Source: SAR86 cluster bacterium (GTDB lineage Bacteria > Pseudomonadota > Gammaproteobacteria > Magnimaribacterales > D2472). Taken from it: DNA of 59,802 nt. The notes beneath the pieces were generated by a model. That model had not been told where the DNA came from. It did not search any database and was given only the letters and a program-made list of their open reading frames with translations. The stretch lies in NCBI GenBank assembly GCA_004212975.1, contig SHBF01000003.1, forward strand, positions 1-59,802, given 5' to 3'. Position 1 is the stretch's first letter, and every line of letters begins with the position of its first letter. Positions 19,344-29,217 of the stretch are shown piece after piece. The position numbers and the translations under genes were made by a program.

Positions 19344-20045
19344 TCATCTTGCAGCTTTATCTTTTATAAAATAAGGTAAATATATTAAGTAAAAAACTGC
19401 AATTGCAAGTGGCGTTGTAACTAACAAATGCAATGGCGGTTCTGGAAATACATCCATTAGTGAAGCACCATCTGGTTTAGCCATCAAATACCAAAAATTT
19501 GCAGGATCACCTAACATCAAATTAATCACATAGACTATTGGCAATAATATAAAAGCAGTAATTGCTGACACTTTTAATATATCTTTTGCATAAGGTCTAT
19601 TTCCAAGAGAAACTGTTGCATACATTATTCCAACAATAATCATTCCATGACCAATCATAAAAAATATGTAATCTAAATCATGATGACTTACATCTGGAGT
19701 AAGAATTGCCATAGATGCTCCACCCAGGCCCCAAAAAAATGCACACAGATATAGAATCCTTGGCCCACCCAATAAAAACCAAATTAGAAATATTTCAGAA
19801 AGATCACACATATGTAGTGGAATTGTTTCTCTCCAATCATATGGATTTGCTAACAAATAAAGATCTTTATATGGTGAAATAATGACATGTGCAGCTATTA
19901 TTCCTGCGATTATTTTGCTCATAAGTGATTTATCACTTTCAGATTTATTTTTATAGACCTTTGGTAAAAATACTGAAACTATAATCACTGAAAATATAGT
20001 TATTAGGTGAACTGTGCCAAATATTTGAAAAGGTGTACCAAACAT
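19344..20045 (-). CDS. YwaF / TIGR02206-type membrane protein
   Basis: FGTVH, PLHMCD, TPD, ANFWYL motifs. Confidence 0.8.
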   Translation of the reverse strand: MFGTPFQIFGTVHLITIFSVIIVSVFLPKVYKNKSESDKSLMSKIIAGIIAAHVIISPYKDLYLLANPYDWRETIPLHMCDLSEIFLIWFLLGGPRILYLCAFFWGLGGASMAILTPDVSHHDLDYIFFMIGHGMIIVGIMYATVSLGNRPYAKDILKVSAITAFILLPIVYVINLMLGDPANFWYLMAKPDGASLMDVFPEPPLHLLVTTPLAIAVFYLIYLPYFIKDKAAR

Positions 20046-20087
20046 ATTATTCCCTATTAAATTTATAAATTCGAATTATATTATTAT

Positions 20088-22067
20088 TTAAGAGTTGTTG
20101 AAACTTTCTAGTAAAATTTGTTCTGTTAAAATTGCAGGTAAAATTTTCGACTCGCTCATTCCAGGTTTCCAAAAAATATACAACGGAACACCATTTCTAT
20201 TATAGGATTCAAGAGTTTTTAAAATTTCATCATTTTTGTTAGTCCAATCAGCAACAATGTATTGGATGTTATTTTCATAAATGTATTCTTTAACATTTGG
20301 TCTTGATAAGGCAATTTTGTCATTTGTTTGGCAAGTTATGCACCACGCAGCCGTAAAATTAATTAAATAAGCTTGATTTATGTCTTTATATTTATTTTCT
20401 ATATTTTTATTCCATTGAACATAATCGTAACTCTCAAGTTTTAAGGCATTTGTAGATTGTATTTCGTTTGAAGGAATATCCCTAAATTGAAAGAAAATTA
20501 CAAAAGCTGCAATAACAAAAATAACTAATTTATAGCTAGATTTCTTAAGTTTTGTAGCAATCCATATTAACAAGGAGATCATTAGAATCGTCATTAAAAG
20601 AAAAATCACTTCTTTTGAAGATGTTTGAACGCTAAATACCCATATTAACCATATTGACGTCGCAAACATGGGAAATGCAAAAAATTCTTTCAAAGCAACC
20701 GTCCAATTACCTGGTTTAGGTAGATAATTTATTAAACTTGGTAAGGCTGATAATACAAAATAAGGAAATGCAAAACCTAGACCTAGTGCAGAAAATACTG
20801 GTAATGTAATTCCAGAGGGTTGAATTAATGCATAACCAAGTGCTGCACCCATAAATGGTGCTGTGCATGGTGAGGCAACAATAACAGCTAAAATACCTGT
20901 AGAAAAGGAACCTAGTAAACTTCCGTTGGTTCCTATGCTACCAAGTCTAGTTAATGATGAGCCTATGTTTATATCGCTTAGAAGCACTAAACCAATTACA
21001 AACATTAATAAACTTAGTAATCCAACAATAAGTGGTGACTGTAATTGAAATCCCCAGCCTAAATATAAGCCAGCTTGTTTTAGCAAAATCATTGCAAATC
21101 CAATAAGAAGAAATGAAATCATCACTCCAGCACAAAATGATAAGGAATGAGCTCTAATTTTTGATGGAGATTGATTACTCATTGAAACAAAACTTAGAAC
21201 TTTTAATGAAATTATTGGAAAAACGCATGGCATTAAATTTAAAATTAGGCCACCTACAAATGCAAAAATTAAAGCTTGTAAAAACGAAATACTAAGAGAG
21301 TTTTCAGTAGTATTTTCAATTTCAGTATCAATTATATAACTCTCGTTATCATTAATAGTTAATACTCCAGATAAATACTCAAAAGATTTAAGATCATCTA
21401 ATTTTTTTATCTTAAGCAGATAAATATTTTCTTCTTTAATGAGCTTTTGATCTGAAGAATGTTCAATAATTTCTTGATTATCGATAAAAAATGTTGCGGA
21501 ACTAACATCGAAAGGCCAAGAAAACCTTATATTTATGAACTCACTATCTAGTGATGCCCTCACTGGAAGTATCTGAGATGGAACTTTTAAAAACCAATCA
21601 TACAGTTCAGCATCATTTTTAATTTCATTAAGATTTGTTTTAATTAATGCTTTTTCTGGAACACAAATGTCATCACATATTAAAAAATCTATATTTGCCT
21701 CAATAAATGAATTCTGATCGTTATAGTTATTAATCTCATAGGGAAAAATTACAAAATTCTTATACCCATATGTCATTAGTGGTTCATATGGAATTAAAAT
21801 TGGAGTTGGCCAATATAAATCGCTTATTGCAATATTTTCATCATGAGACCATTTAACTTTTATTGGGCCTCCTGAATCACCAGGATTTTTCCAATAAGTA
21901 TGCCAATTCTCTTGCATATCCATTCTAATACCAATAAGAGTTTGGCTTTTACCTTCTTTTACATTTTCAAACTTTACCAACGAGACATTTGCATGACCAG
22001 TATCAACGGTCACTGCATCTGTAGCTAAGCAAAAAAATAGTAGAAAGGATATTTTAAGAAATTTCAT
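20088..22067 (-). CDS. dsbD: Thiol:disulfide interchange protein DsbD
   Basis: WHTYWKNPGDSG, ICDDIC, TM cysteines MPCVFP and SPCTAP, C-terminal WCITC; start reassigned to ATG 22067. Confidence 0.9.
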   Translation of the reverse strand: MKFLKISFLLFFCLATDAVTVDTGHANVSLVKFENVKEGKSQTLIGIRMDMQENWHTYWKNPGDSGGPIKVKWSHDENIAISDLYWPTPILIPYEPLMTYGYKNFVIFPYEINNYNDQNSFIEANIDFLICDDICVPEKALIKTNLNEIKNDAELYDWFLKVPSQILPVRASLDSEFINIRFSWPFDVSSATFFIDNQEIIEHSSDQKLIKEENIYLLKIKKLDDLKSFEYLSGVLTINDNESYIIDTEIENTTENSLSISFLQALIFAFVGGLILNLMPCVFPIISLKVLSFVSMSNQSPSKIRAHSLSFCAGVMISFLLIGFAMILLKQAGLYLGWGFQLQSPLIVGLLSLLMFVIGLVLLSDINIGSSLTRLGSIGTNGSLLGSFSTGILAVIVASPCTAPFMGAALGYALIQPSGITLPVFSALGLGFAFPYFVLSALPSLINYLPKPGNWTVALKEFFAFPMFATSIWLIWVFSVQTSSKEVIFLLMTILMISLLIWIATKLKKSSYKLVIFVIAAFVIFFQFRDIPSNEIQSTNALKLESYDYVQWNKNIENKYKDINQAYLINFTAAWCITCQTNDKIALSRPNVKEYIYENNIQYIVADWTNKNDEILKTLESYNRNGVPLYIFWKPGMSESKILPAILTEQILLESFNNS

Positions 22068-22095
22068 AAAATGTAATTTTATCCTATTTAACATT

Positions 22096-22116
22096 TGGGG
22101 TGCATTATGCACCCCA
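22096..22116. terminator. Inverted repeat downstream of Hsp20
   Basis: TGGGGTGCAT-T-ATGCACCCCA; no strong U-tract on the minus strand. Confidence 0.55.
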
Positions 22117-22132
22117 TTTCACATTATATGAG

Positions 22133-22585
22133 TTATTTACTTGAGATTCTTTTTGGTGATTTAATCTCAATCATCCTAGGTTTCTTTTCATCAGGAATAA
22201 TTTTCTCAAGACTAATAGTTAATAAACCATTAACTAATTCTGCGCCTTTAACAACAACATCCTCAGAAAGGGTAAATTGCTGTTTAAATGCTCTCTGAGC
22301 AATTCCTTGATATACAACCTTATTCTCACCATTTACAACCTCAGTGGTTGGCCCATCGTAACTTACTGAAAGAACTCCTTCAGCAAGCTCTATTTGGATA
22401 TCATCTTTTGACAATCCAGCTACAGCAATCTCTATGGCAAAATAATTACCTTCCTTGCTAATGTTATATGGTGGATAGCTTGATGATCTATCATTAGACT
22501 CAGAGAGTCTTTGTAATCTATCAAACAAAGGTTCGAACCCTAGTACACGTGTTGTGAAAAATGGGTCTGTAAAGTTAAGTATCAT
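22133..22585 (-). CDS. ibpA: Small heat-shock protein Hsp20 (IbpA-like)
   Basis: SYPPYNI, IEIAVAG, YQGIAQRAF..F.L, NGLLTI, KPRMIEI; strong SD AAGGAGGA gives start 22585. Confidence 0.92.
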   Translation of the reverse strand: MILNFTDPFFTTRVLGFEPLFDRLQRLSESNDRSSSYPPYNISKEGNYFAIEIAVAGLSKDDIQIELAEGVLSVSYDGPTTEVVNGENKVVYQGIAQRAFKQQFTLSEDVVVKGAELVNGLLTISLEKIIPDEKKPRMIEIKSPKRISSK

Positions 22586-22671
22586 AATAGTCCTCCTTAA
22601 AAGCGACTTTATAAACGTGCATCTAATAAAAGCATACACATGTTAATGCGAAGATCCGTCATGGCATCTTC
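22583..22671 (-). promoter_or_regulatory. ROSE-like RNA thermometer in the Hsp20 5' UTR
   Basis: Three hairpins; the last is AGUC-G-CUUU-UAA-GGAG-GACU, with the UCGCU motif pairing the SD and a bulged G. Confidence 0.75.
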
Positions 22672-22681
22672 ATCATTTTAT

Positions 22682-22708
22682 ATTTATAGCCATTATTAGG
22701 TTTTTCAA
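22682..22708 (-). promoter_or_regulatory. Sigma32-like promoter of Hsp20
   Basis: Minus strand TTGAAA...GGCTATAAAT directly upstream of the hairpin leader. Confidence 0.6.
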
Positions 22709-22779
22709 CCTTTATTTTTTTTTAATTTTAAAATATCCTTATATCAGAACTTTTTTAAAAATCAAATGTCAAAATTATT

Positions 22780-23184
22780 ATGAAAACCAAATTTATTTTG
22801 CTTACACTTATATTTTCTTTTTCTGCAATTTTTAATGCAAAAGAAACATTACCGTCTATTGAACAAGGTCAAACATGGTATCTAGAATCAATAAGCAATA
22901 AACTGAATCCTTCAACAAGCAAGGTTTTGTATTACTTTTCTAGTGATGCATATAACACCTATCAGGCAAGAATATTTTCAGATTGGGATAGGTTTTCTAT
23001 TATAGATTCAAGAAACTTAGTTAGATTAAATAAAGGCGACAGAATTGAAATTTTAAATTCCAAACATTTTGAAAAAATATACGAAGTTAAGTTATTAGAC
23101 GGTTTTGAAAAAAATAGAAAATACTATGTTATAAAAGATGATCTTATAAGACACTATAAATTATCTAAAGGTGAAGATTCATGA
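22780..23184 (+). CDS. Hypothetical exported protein
   Basis: 134 aa with signal peptide; ATGA overlap with the next gene. Confidence 0.65.
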   Translation: MKTKFILLTLIFSFSAIFNAKETLPSIEQGQTWYLESISNKLNPSTSKVLYYFSSDAYNTYQARIFSDWDRFSIIDSRNLVRLNKGDRIEILNSKHFEKIYEVKLLDGFEKNRKYYVIKDDLIRHYKLSKGEDS

Positions 23185-23636
23185 AAAATTTTTCATTAAT
23201 AGCGCTTATTTTCGTCATATCATCATGTGTAAATAATTCATTGCAGCCAGACATTGTTTCAAGATCAGATGCCCAAAAACAACAATATGTTGTTTTTGGT
23301 ACAGTTAGAGATATTTCAATGGTAACAATTGAAGGTGATAGAGAAGTTGGTGCTGCTGCAGGAGCAGCTATTGGAGCAACTGTTGGCAAAAATACAACAG
23401 ATTCAGAACCAGAATCTGATATTGCTGCAGTTGTAGGAGGCTTGGTAGGTTCAGCTATTGGATCTGAGATTGGTTCAGCAGTAACAAAGAAAGATGGAGT
23501 TGAATTATTGATAGAGACCGAATCTGGTACCTTTGTTTCCATTATTCAAGAGGTTGGTAATTTTTCATATAATACTGGTCAAAAAGTAAGAATCATAAAA
23601 AGAAATGGAAAATCAAGAGTTGTTCCTTTTGAATAA
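23181..23636 (+). CDS. Outer-membrane lipoprotein, SlyB/Pcp (glycine zipper) family
   Basis: Lipobox ISSC, GAAAGAAIG / GGLVGSAIG zipper, GQKVRII..GKSRV C-terminus. Confidence 0.85.
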   Translation: MKNFSLIALIFVISSCVNNSLQPDIVSRSDAQKQQYVVFGTVRDISMVTIEGDREVGAAAGAAIGATVGKNTTDSEPESDIAAVVGGLVGSAIGSEIGSAVTKKDGVELLIETESGTFVSIIQEVGNFSYNTGQKVRIIKRNGKSRVVPFE

Positions 23637-24088
23637 TGTCAGATGATCTATTCAATACCATATATAACAAATCTCTAGATTTATTATCGAGAAGAGAACA
23701 CTCATTCAAAGAAATTAAAGAAAAGCTATCTGCGCGTTTTGAAAATAAAGAAATAATAGAATCTGTTATTGAAAAACTTAGTGATAATAACTTAGTAAAT
23801 AATACACGATATGCCGAAGCCTATGTATCGGCTAGAAAAAGAAAAGGATTTGGGCCTAAAAAGATTGCTTTTGAATTGTCATCAAAAGGTGTTGATGAAT
23901 CAGTAACAAATAGCGTAATTATTGAAGAGGGCGATTGGGAATCGGCTGCTAAATTAGCTTTTTCAAAAAAATTCAAAGATGGTCCAAGTCCTGATATCAA
24001 AGAAAAATTAAAACAAAAAAGTTTTTTACAAAATAGAGGTTTTAGATTTAAAGAAATCGAATCAGTTTTTGGTAATGACATGTTATGA
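23636..24088 (+). CDS. recX: Regulatory protein RecX
   Basis: LLSRREHS..E..KL, GFGPKKI..EL..KGV, FLQNRGF. Confidence 0.92.
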   Translation: MSDDLFNTIYNKSLDLLSRREHSFKEIKEKLSARFENKEIIESVIEKLSDNNLVNNTRYAEAYVSARKRKGFGPKKIAFELSSKGVDESVTNSVIIEEGDWESAAKLAFSKKFKDGPSPDIKEKLKQKSFLQNRGFRFKEIESVFGNDML

Positions 24089-24097
24089 TTCAATGCT

Positions 24098-25678
24098 ATG
24101 TCTTATGAGGTTTTAGCTAGAAAATATAGACCATCATGCTTTGAAGAAGTTATTGGTCAAGAGCATGTCGTGAAGGCTTTGATAAACAGTATTGAGTCTG
24201 AAAAAATTCACCAAGCATTTATATTTTCAGGTACAAGGGGAGTTGGTAAGACTACTATTGCGAGAATTTTAGCAAAATGTTTAAACTGTGAGAGTAGCAC
24301 CAAACCAACATCAGTACCGTGTAATAAATGTTCTAATACTATTGAAATAACTGCCGGTAGAAGCGTTGACTTTCTAGAAATTGATGCTGCATCTAACACT
24401 CAAGTTGAGAAAATAAGGGACTTAATAGAAACAGTTGAATATAAACCCGCTAAAGGTAGGTATAAGATTTTTCTCATCGATGAAGTTCATATGCTTTCAA
24501 CTGCCAGTTTCAATGCGCTTTTAAAGACCTTAGAAGAACCACCGCCTCATGTTGTATTTATTTTTGCAACTACCAATCCAGAAAAAATTCCAAAGACAGT
24601 TCAATCAAGGTGTTTGCAGCTAAATCTTAAAACAGTTAATGAAGAAATGCTGAACAACCACATAAATCAGATATTAAAAAAAGAAGAAATCAAACATGAT
24701 GATAAGAGTACTGAATTAATATCAAAATCTGCAAATGGATCCGTAAGAGATGCTTTGACAATTCTTGATCAAGCAATAGCGCATGGTAATGGCGAGCTTA
24801 ATAGCAATGAAGTAAAAAAACTGTTGGGAACAATTGATGATTCACTTATATTTGAGCTCCTAGAGGGTGTAGTCGATGGAGATGGTAAGAAAGTTTTTGA
24901 TAAGCTTGCTGAAATTGAACAGTTATTACCAGAATATGATGTTATTCTTCGAGATTTGATAAGCATTCTTCATCAAGTTTCACTTGAACAGGTTCTAAAT
25001 AATTCAGAAAGTGAAAATATAAAACGCATATCAAAGAAAATTGATAAAGAGTTTTGTCAACTTTTATACGAAATTGGCATGAATTCTTTTACTAGATTTT
25101 CTGTACATCCAAGTCCAAAAGAATGCCTTGAAATTTGTTTATTAAGAATGCTTACATTTAATCCTCTTCAGAAACTTTCAGAAAATAACCAGAACTCTAA
25201 TCCAGGTAATGCAGAAAAAAAAAGTCTCAAAAAAGTTGATGAAGAAATAAAAAGAGATAACAGTCCTTCGTCTGCAGAATCAAGCAAAAAAAAGTTCCTT
25301 AACAATAATGAAGATTGGGTGAAATTATTTAACTCTCTAGAATTAAGCCCCTTTGCAAGAAATTATTTTGGAAATATGTCGTTACTTTTGCACAACGATG
25401 AAGGCATGATTTTAAAAGCAGATATAAATTTAGGTGAAGTCCCAGAGAATATTATGTCGGAATTTAAAATTACCGTGGAAAGTATATTTTTAAATAAAAT
25501 TAATATTAAAATTGAGAAAGGAGATGTAATTAATTCTCCAATACAATTAAATGAAAGTAAAATAGAAGAAGAAGAAAACTTGGCAAAAGATCAAATTAGC
25601 AAAGACAAAGAAATACAAGATTTCGTTGAAAAATTTAATGGAAAGATAAAACCAGAAACCATTAAACCCTCAAAGTAG
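24098..25678 (+). CDS. dnaX: DNA polymerase III subunits gamma/tau
   Basis: LARKYRP, GTRGVGKTT, EIDAAS, DEVHMLS, SRC. Confidence 0.97.
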   Translation: MSYEVLARKYRPSCFEEVIGQEHVVKALINSIESEKIHQAFIFSGTRGVGKTTIARILAKCLNCESSTKPTSVPCNKCSNTIEITAGRSVDFLEIDAASNTQVEKIRDLIETVEYKPAKGRYKIFLIDEVHMLSTASFNALLKTLEEPPPHVVFIFATTNPEKIPKTVQSRCLQLNLKTVNEEMLNNHINQILKKEEIKHDDKSTELISKSANGSVRDALTILDQAIAHGNGELNSNEVKKLLGTIDDSLIFELLEGVVDGDGKKVFDKLAEIEQLLPEYDVILRDLISILHQVSLEQVLNNSESENIKRISKKIDKEFCQLLYEIGMNSFTRFSVHPSPKECLEICLLRMLTFNPLQKLSENNQNSNPGNAEKKSLKKVDEEIKRDNSPSSAESSKKKFLNNNEDWVKLFNSLELSPFARNYFGNMSLLLHNDEGMILKADINLGEVPENIMSEFKITVESIFLNKINIKIEKGDVINSPIQLNESKIEEEENLAKDQISKDKEIQDFVEKFNGKIKPETIKPSK

Positions 25679-25681
25679 AAA

Positions 25682-26278
25682 ATGAACCAAGATCTATTAA
25701 ATGAACTCATAAATGCATTGACAATCCTACCTGGAGTTGGCAAAAAATCTGCTCAAAGAATGTCATTATATTTACTTGATAGGAATAAAGATGGCGCTAG
25801 TATATTAGCAAATACTCTATCTGATGCCATCGAAAGTATCCAAAGATGCTCAAATTGCAGAATGCTTACATCTAATAATTTATGTGGAGTTTGCTCCGAC
25901 TCAACAAGAGACAAAAACAGCATTTGTGTTGTTGAGAGCCCATCTGATGTATTAGCTATTGAATCAACTGGTGGCTTCAGAGGCAGATATTTTGTTTTAT
26001 TAGGAAGGCTTTCGCCAATTGATGGTATTGGACCTGAAGATTTGGGTATTGATGACCTCTTAAACATTACTAATAATGATGAAGTAAAAGAAGTAATCCT
26101 TGCAACTAGTAGCACTGTAGAAGGTGATGCAACAGCAATATTTATAAAAGATCATATTAAAAATGCTAAGGTTTCAAGAATTTCTTATGGTATTCCAATT
26201 GGAGGAGAGCTAGAGTATGTTGATGGAACTACAATTGCTCGGGCAATAGAGGGAAGGATACAAATAGATGTCGATTAA
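25682..26278 (+). CDS. recR: Recombination protein RecR
   Basis: [11 protein letters not shown] HhH, C4 zinc finger, TOPRIM VVE..EGDATA. Confidence 0.96.
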   Translation: MNQDLLNELINALTILPGVGKKSAQRMSLYLLDRNKDGASILANTLSDAIESIQRCSNCRMLTSNNLCGVCSDSTRDKNSICVVESPSDVLAIESTGGFRGRYFVLLGRLSPIDGIGPEDLGIDDLLNITNNDEVKEVILATSSTVEGDATAIFIKDHIKNAKVSRISYGIPIGGELEYVDGTTIARAIEGRIQIDVD

Positions 26279-26837
26279 ATCAGATAAATGGATTCAAAAA
26301 ATGTCACAAGAGCACAATATGATTGATCCATTTTCAAAAAATCAAGTAAGGCTTGATAGTAATGGCAATAAACTAATTTCTTACGGTGTGTCTAGTTATG
26401 GATATGACGTCAGATGCTCAAATGAATTTAAAGTTTTTACAAACATTCATTCTGCTATAGTCGATCCCAAGTCATTTGATGAAAAAAGTTTTGTTGACAT
26501 TAATTCAGATGTTTGTGTTATACCTCCAAACTCTTTTGCATTAGCCAGAACCGTTGAGTATTTTAAAATTCCCAGGAATATTCTCACTGTATGTTTAGGA
26601 AAATCAACATATGCAAGATGTGGAATTATTGTAAACGTAACTCCACTTGAACCTGAATGGGAGGGTCATGTTACTCTTGAGTTCTCAAATACAACCAATC
26701 TTCCTGCAAAAATTTATGCCGGAGAGGGAGTTGCTCAAATGCTGTTTTTTGAATCAGATGAAGAGTGTGAGATAAGTTACAAAGATCGTGATGGAAAATA
26801 TCAAGGACAAACTGGGGTTACTTTACCCAAGACTTAA
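26268..26837 (+). CDS. dcd: dCTP deaminase
   Basis: [34 protein letters not shown]. Confidence 0.97.
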   Translation: MSIKSDKWIQKMSQEHNMIDPFSKNQVRLDSNGNKLISYGVSSYGYDVRCSNEFKVFTNIHSAIVDPKSFDEKSFVDINSDVCVIPPNSFALARTVEYFKIPRNILTVCLGKSTYARCGIIVNVTPLEPEWEGHVTLEFSNTTNLPAKIYAGEGVAQMLFFESDEECEISYKDRDGKYQGQTGVTLPKT

Positions 26838-27509
26838 AACCTCTAGAAGCTTTAATGTATTTGTCCTTTCAGGACTAGTATCAATTATTTTAATGAACAT
26901 GTATTCGAGCTCTTCAGCAAGATAATAAGTTACCTTTCTATCGCTATTTAATCTTGATCTTTCAAGTATTACGCATTTTATTGTTTCTTCATTGAAGATA
27001 CATTCCTCAAGTCCAACAACATTAAATTCGTAAGATTTCGATCCTCCTTCTTCCATGTCAACAATATTAATTTTGAAATTTTTTAGACCATGTTTTACGT
27101 TTGTTCTTATCATAATTTGAACATTCAAAGGATCATATACTAAATCATTTTTCAAAGATGCAACCCACTTGTTTATGCCTTCAGAGCGAACCTCCATAGT
27201 CTCATAATCAAAATTTAAGTACTGATCTCTATCTAGAAATTTTGGTCTGATTTTTATTTCATACGAATCTGAAATAACTTCGCTATTTTTAATTTCAAAC
27301 TTAGACAAAAAAAATAAACTTGCAAAAAGATTTGATGCTTTGAATCTCATTTCAAAGCCATTTTCAGTTTTATAGAATTCTCTTATTCCAGAGATTGATA
27401 TTTCTTCTGATTCAAAATTATATTTTGCAGAATAGGGAGGTATTTCAGACGAAACCACATTGATTGATAAAAAAATTATCAACAAAAAATTTATAACTTT
27501 ATATTTCAT
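26823..27509 (-). CDS. DUF3108-like exported protein
   Basis: Signal peptide, beta-rich; typical position downstream of purN. Confidence 0.6.
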   Translation of the reverse strand: MKYKVINFLLIIFLSINVVSSEIPPYSAKYNFESEEISISGIREFYKTENGFEMRFKASNLFASLFFLSKFEIKNSEVISDSYEIKIRPKFLDRDQYLNFDYETMEVRSEGINKWVASLKNDLVYDPLNVQIMIRTNVKHGLKNFKINIVDMEEGGSKSYEFNVVGLEECIFNEETIKCVILERSRLNSDRKVTYYLAEELEYMFIKIIDTSPERTNTLKLLEVLSLG

Positions 27510-28155
27510 AACATCTTTTAATTAGCTTGTGGTTGTGTAAATTAATATTACGATATTTAACTTCGTTATTATCTAGATAAATATTTTCATTGCAAATCTC
27601 ATTGATAATTTCTGGTAGCAATAAGTGTTCAATCCTATGAATACGTTTAATTATATTTTCCAAAGTTTCACCTTTACTTATATCTATAAACCCTTGAGCA
27701 ATTAATGGACCAGCATCTAATTCAGCTGAAACATAATGTATTGAAATACCATGATGAGTATCTTTATTTTCAAGAACTTTTTCATGAGTATGTAATCCTG
27801 GATACATAGGAAGAAGAGAAGGGTGAAGATTGATCATTTTATTGGAAAATTTAGATGTAATTTTAGTACCAAGTATTCTCATGAAACCTGCCAAAACAAT
27901 TAAATCTGGACTTAGCGTATCTAAGCAATCTTCTAATGAATTTTCAAAATCAATTCTTGATGAAAACTTTTTATGATCAATAATCGTTGATGGAATATTA
28001 AACTTTGATGCCCTGGTTAGCCCATAAGCATCAGGATTATTAGAAATTACCTGAATAACTCTCCCATTAATCTTTTTGGCAGCGCATGATTCTATGATTG
28101 CTTCTAAGTTAGAACCACTGCCTGATATAAAGACTACGATTTTTTTCATTTTCAT
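27499..28155 (-). CDS. purN: Phosphoribosylglycinamide formyltransferase
   Basis: SGSGSNLEAI, LAGFMRIL, NLHPSLLP, LDAGP. Confidence 0.96.
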   Translation of the reverse strand: MKMKKIVVFISGSGSNLEAIIESCAAKKINGRVIQVISNNPDAYGLTRASKFNIPSTIIDHKKFSSRIDFENSLEDCLDTLSPDLIVLAGFMRILGTKITSKFSNKMINLHPSLLPMYPGLHTHEKVLENKDTHHGISIHYVSAELDAGPLIAQGFIDISKGETLENIIKRIHRIEHLLLPEIINEICNENIYLDNNEVKYRNINLHNHKLIKRCYEI

Positions 28156-28158
28156 TAT

Positions 28159-29190
28159 TTAGACAAATATTACAGAAGATTCTTCCTTTTTATTTTTGAC
28201 TCTTCCAATGACGAAACTATTCATTTTTAATGCTTTTATTCTCGAAGAAATATTTAACTCTTCGTCTTCATCAACAAAAAGCACCATGCCTATTCCACAA
28301 TTAAATATTCTATACATATCATCATCAGAAATATTTCCATTTTCTTGTAACCATTTAAAAATATTTGGCATTTCCCACGAGTCAGTGTCTATTTCTACGC
28401 AGAGATTATCTGATATGGATCTTGGTAGATTTTCTGTGAGCCCACCTCCCGTAATATGTGAAAGAGAATTAATCTTATAATTTGAAATTAAATCCATAAT
28501 CAATTTGGGATAAAGCAAGGTTGGCTCAAGACATCTTTTAGCTATTATATTTTTTTCTTCTTCATTTACCTTAGATTCTTTAATGATCTTTCTTATTAAA
28601 GAAAATCCATTTGAATGTGGGCCACTTGATTCTATTCCTATTAAGACATTACCGCACATGACATTATCATTTTTAAGTATCTTATCTTTGCTAACGCATC
28701 CAACTGAGAATCCAGCAAGATCGAAATTATTATCAATATAATGACCAGGCATCTCAGCAGTTTCACCGCCTAAAAGAGCACAGTCAGATTTGATGCATGC
28801 ATCTGCAATACTTTTTACAATGGTAGTAGCTTCATTAACATCTAGCTTTGAAGATGCATAATAATCCAAAAAAAATAGAGGCTTTGCACCGCACACAATT
28901 AAATCATTAACACACATGGCTACAAGATCTTGACCAATGCCTGATAAATCATTGTACTGCTGAGCAAGCGAAACTTTTGTTCCAACTCCATCTGTACATG
29001 CAACTAAAACTGGATTCTTAATATCTTTATCTAGCTCGTACATTCCTGCAAAGCCTCCAATATTATCTAAGACATTCTTATTATGAGAGGCGGCAACACT
29101 CTTTTTAATTTTATCAACTAAGCTGTTACCAGCATCAATATCAACTCCAGCTAATTTGTATGGATCATTTTCTATAATTTCTTTTGTCAT
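28159..29190 (-). CDS. purM: AIR synthetase
   Basis: YKLAGVDI, TDGVGTK, GGETAEMPG, HSNGFSL, HITGGG. Confidence 0.97.
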   Translation of the reverse strand: MTKEIIENDPYKLAGVDIDAGNSLVDKIKKSVAASHNKNVLDNIGGFAGMYELDKDIKNPVLVACTDGVGTKVSLAQQYNDLSGIGQDLVAMCVNDLIVCGAKPLFFLDYYASSKLDVNEATTIVKSIADACIKSDCALLGGETAEMPGHYIDNNFDLAGFSVGCVSKDKILKNDNVMCGNVLIGIESSGPHSNGFSLIRKIIKESKVNEEEKNIIAKRCLEPTLLYPKLIMDLISNYKINSLSHITGGGLTENLPRSISDNLCVEIDTDSWEMPNIFKWLQENGNISDDDMYRIFNCGIGMVLFVDEDEELNISSRIKALKMNSFVIGRVKNKKEESSVIFV

Positions 29191-29217
29191 TTAAAATACC
29201 TTCATATACTAAAAAAT

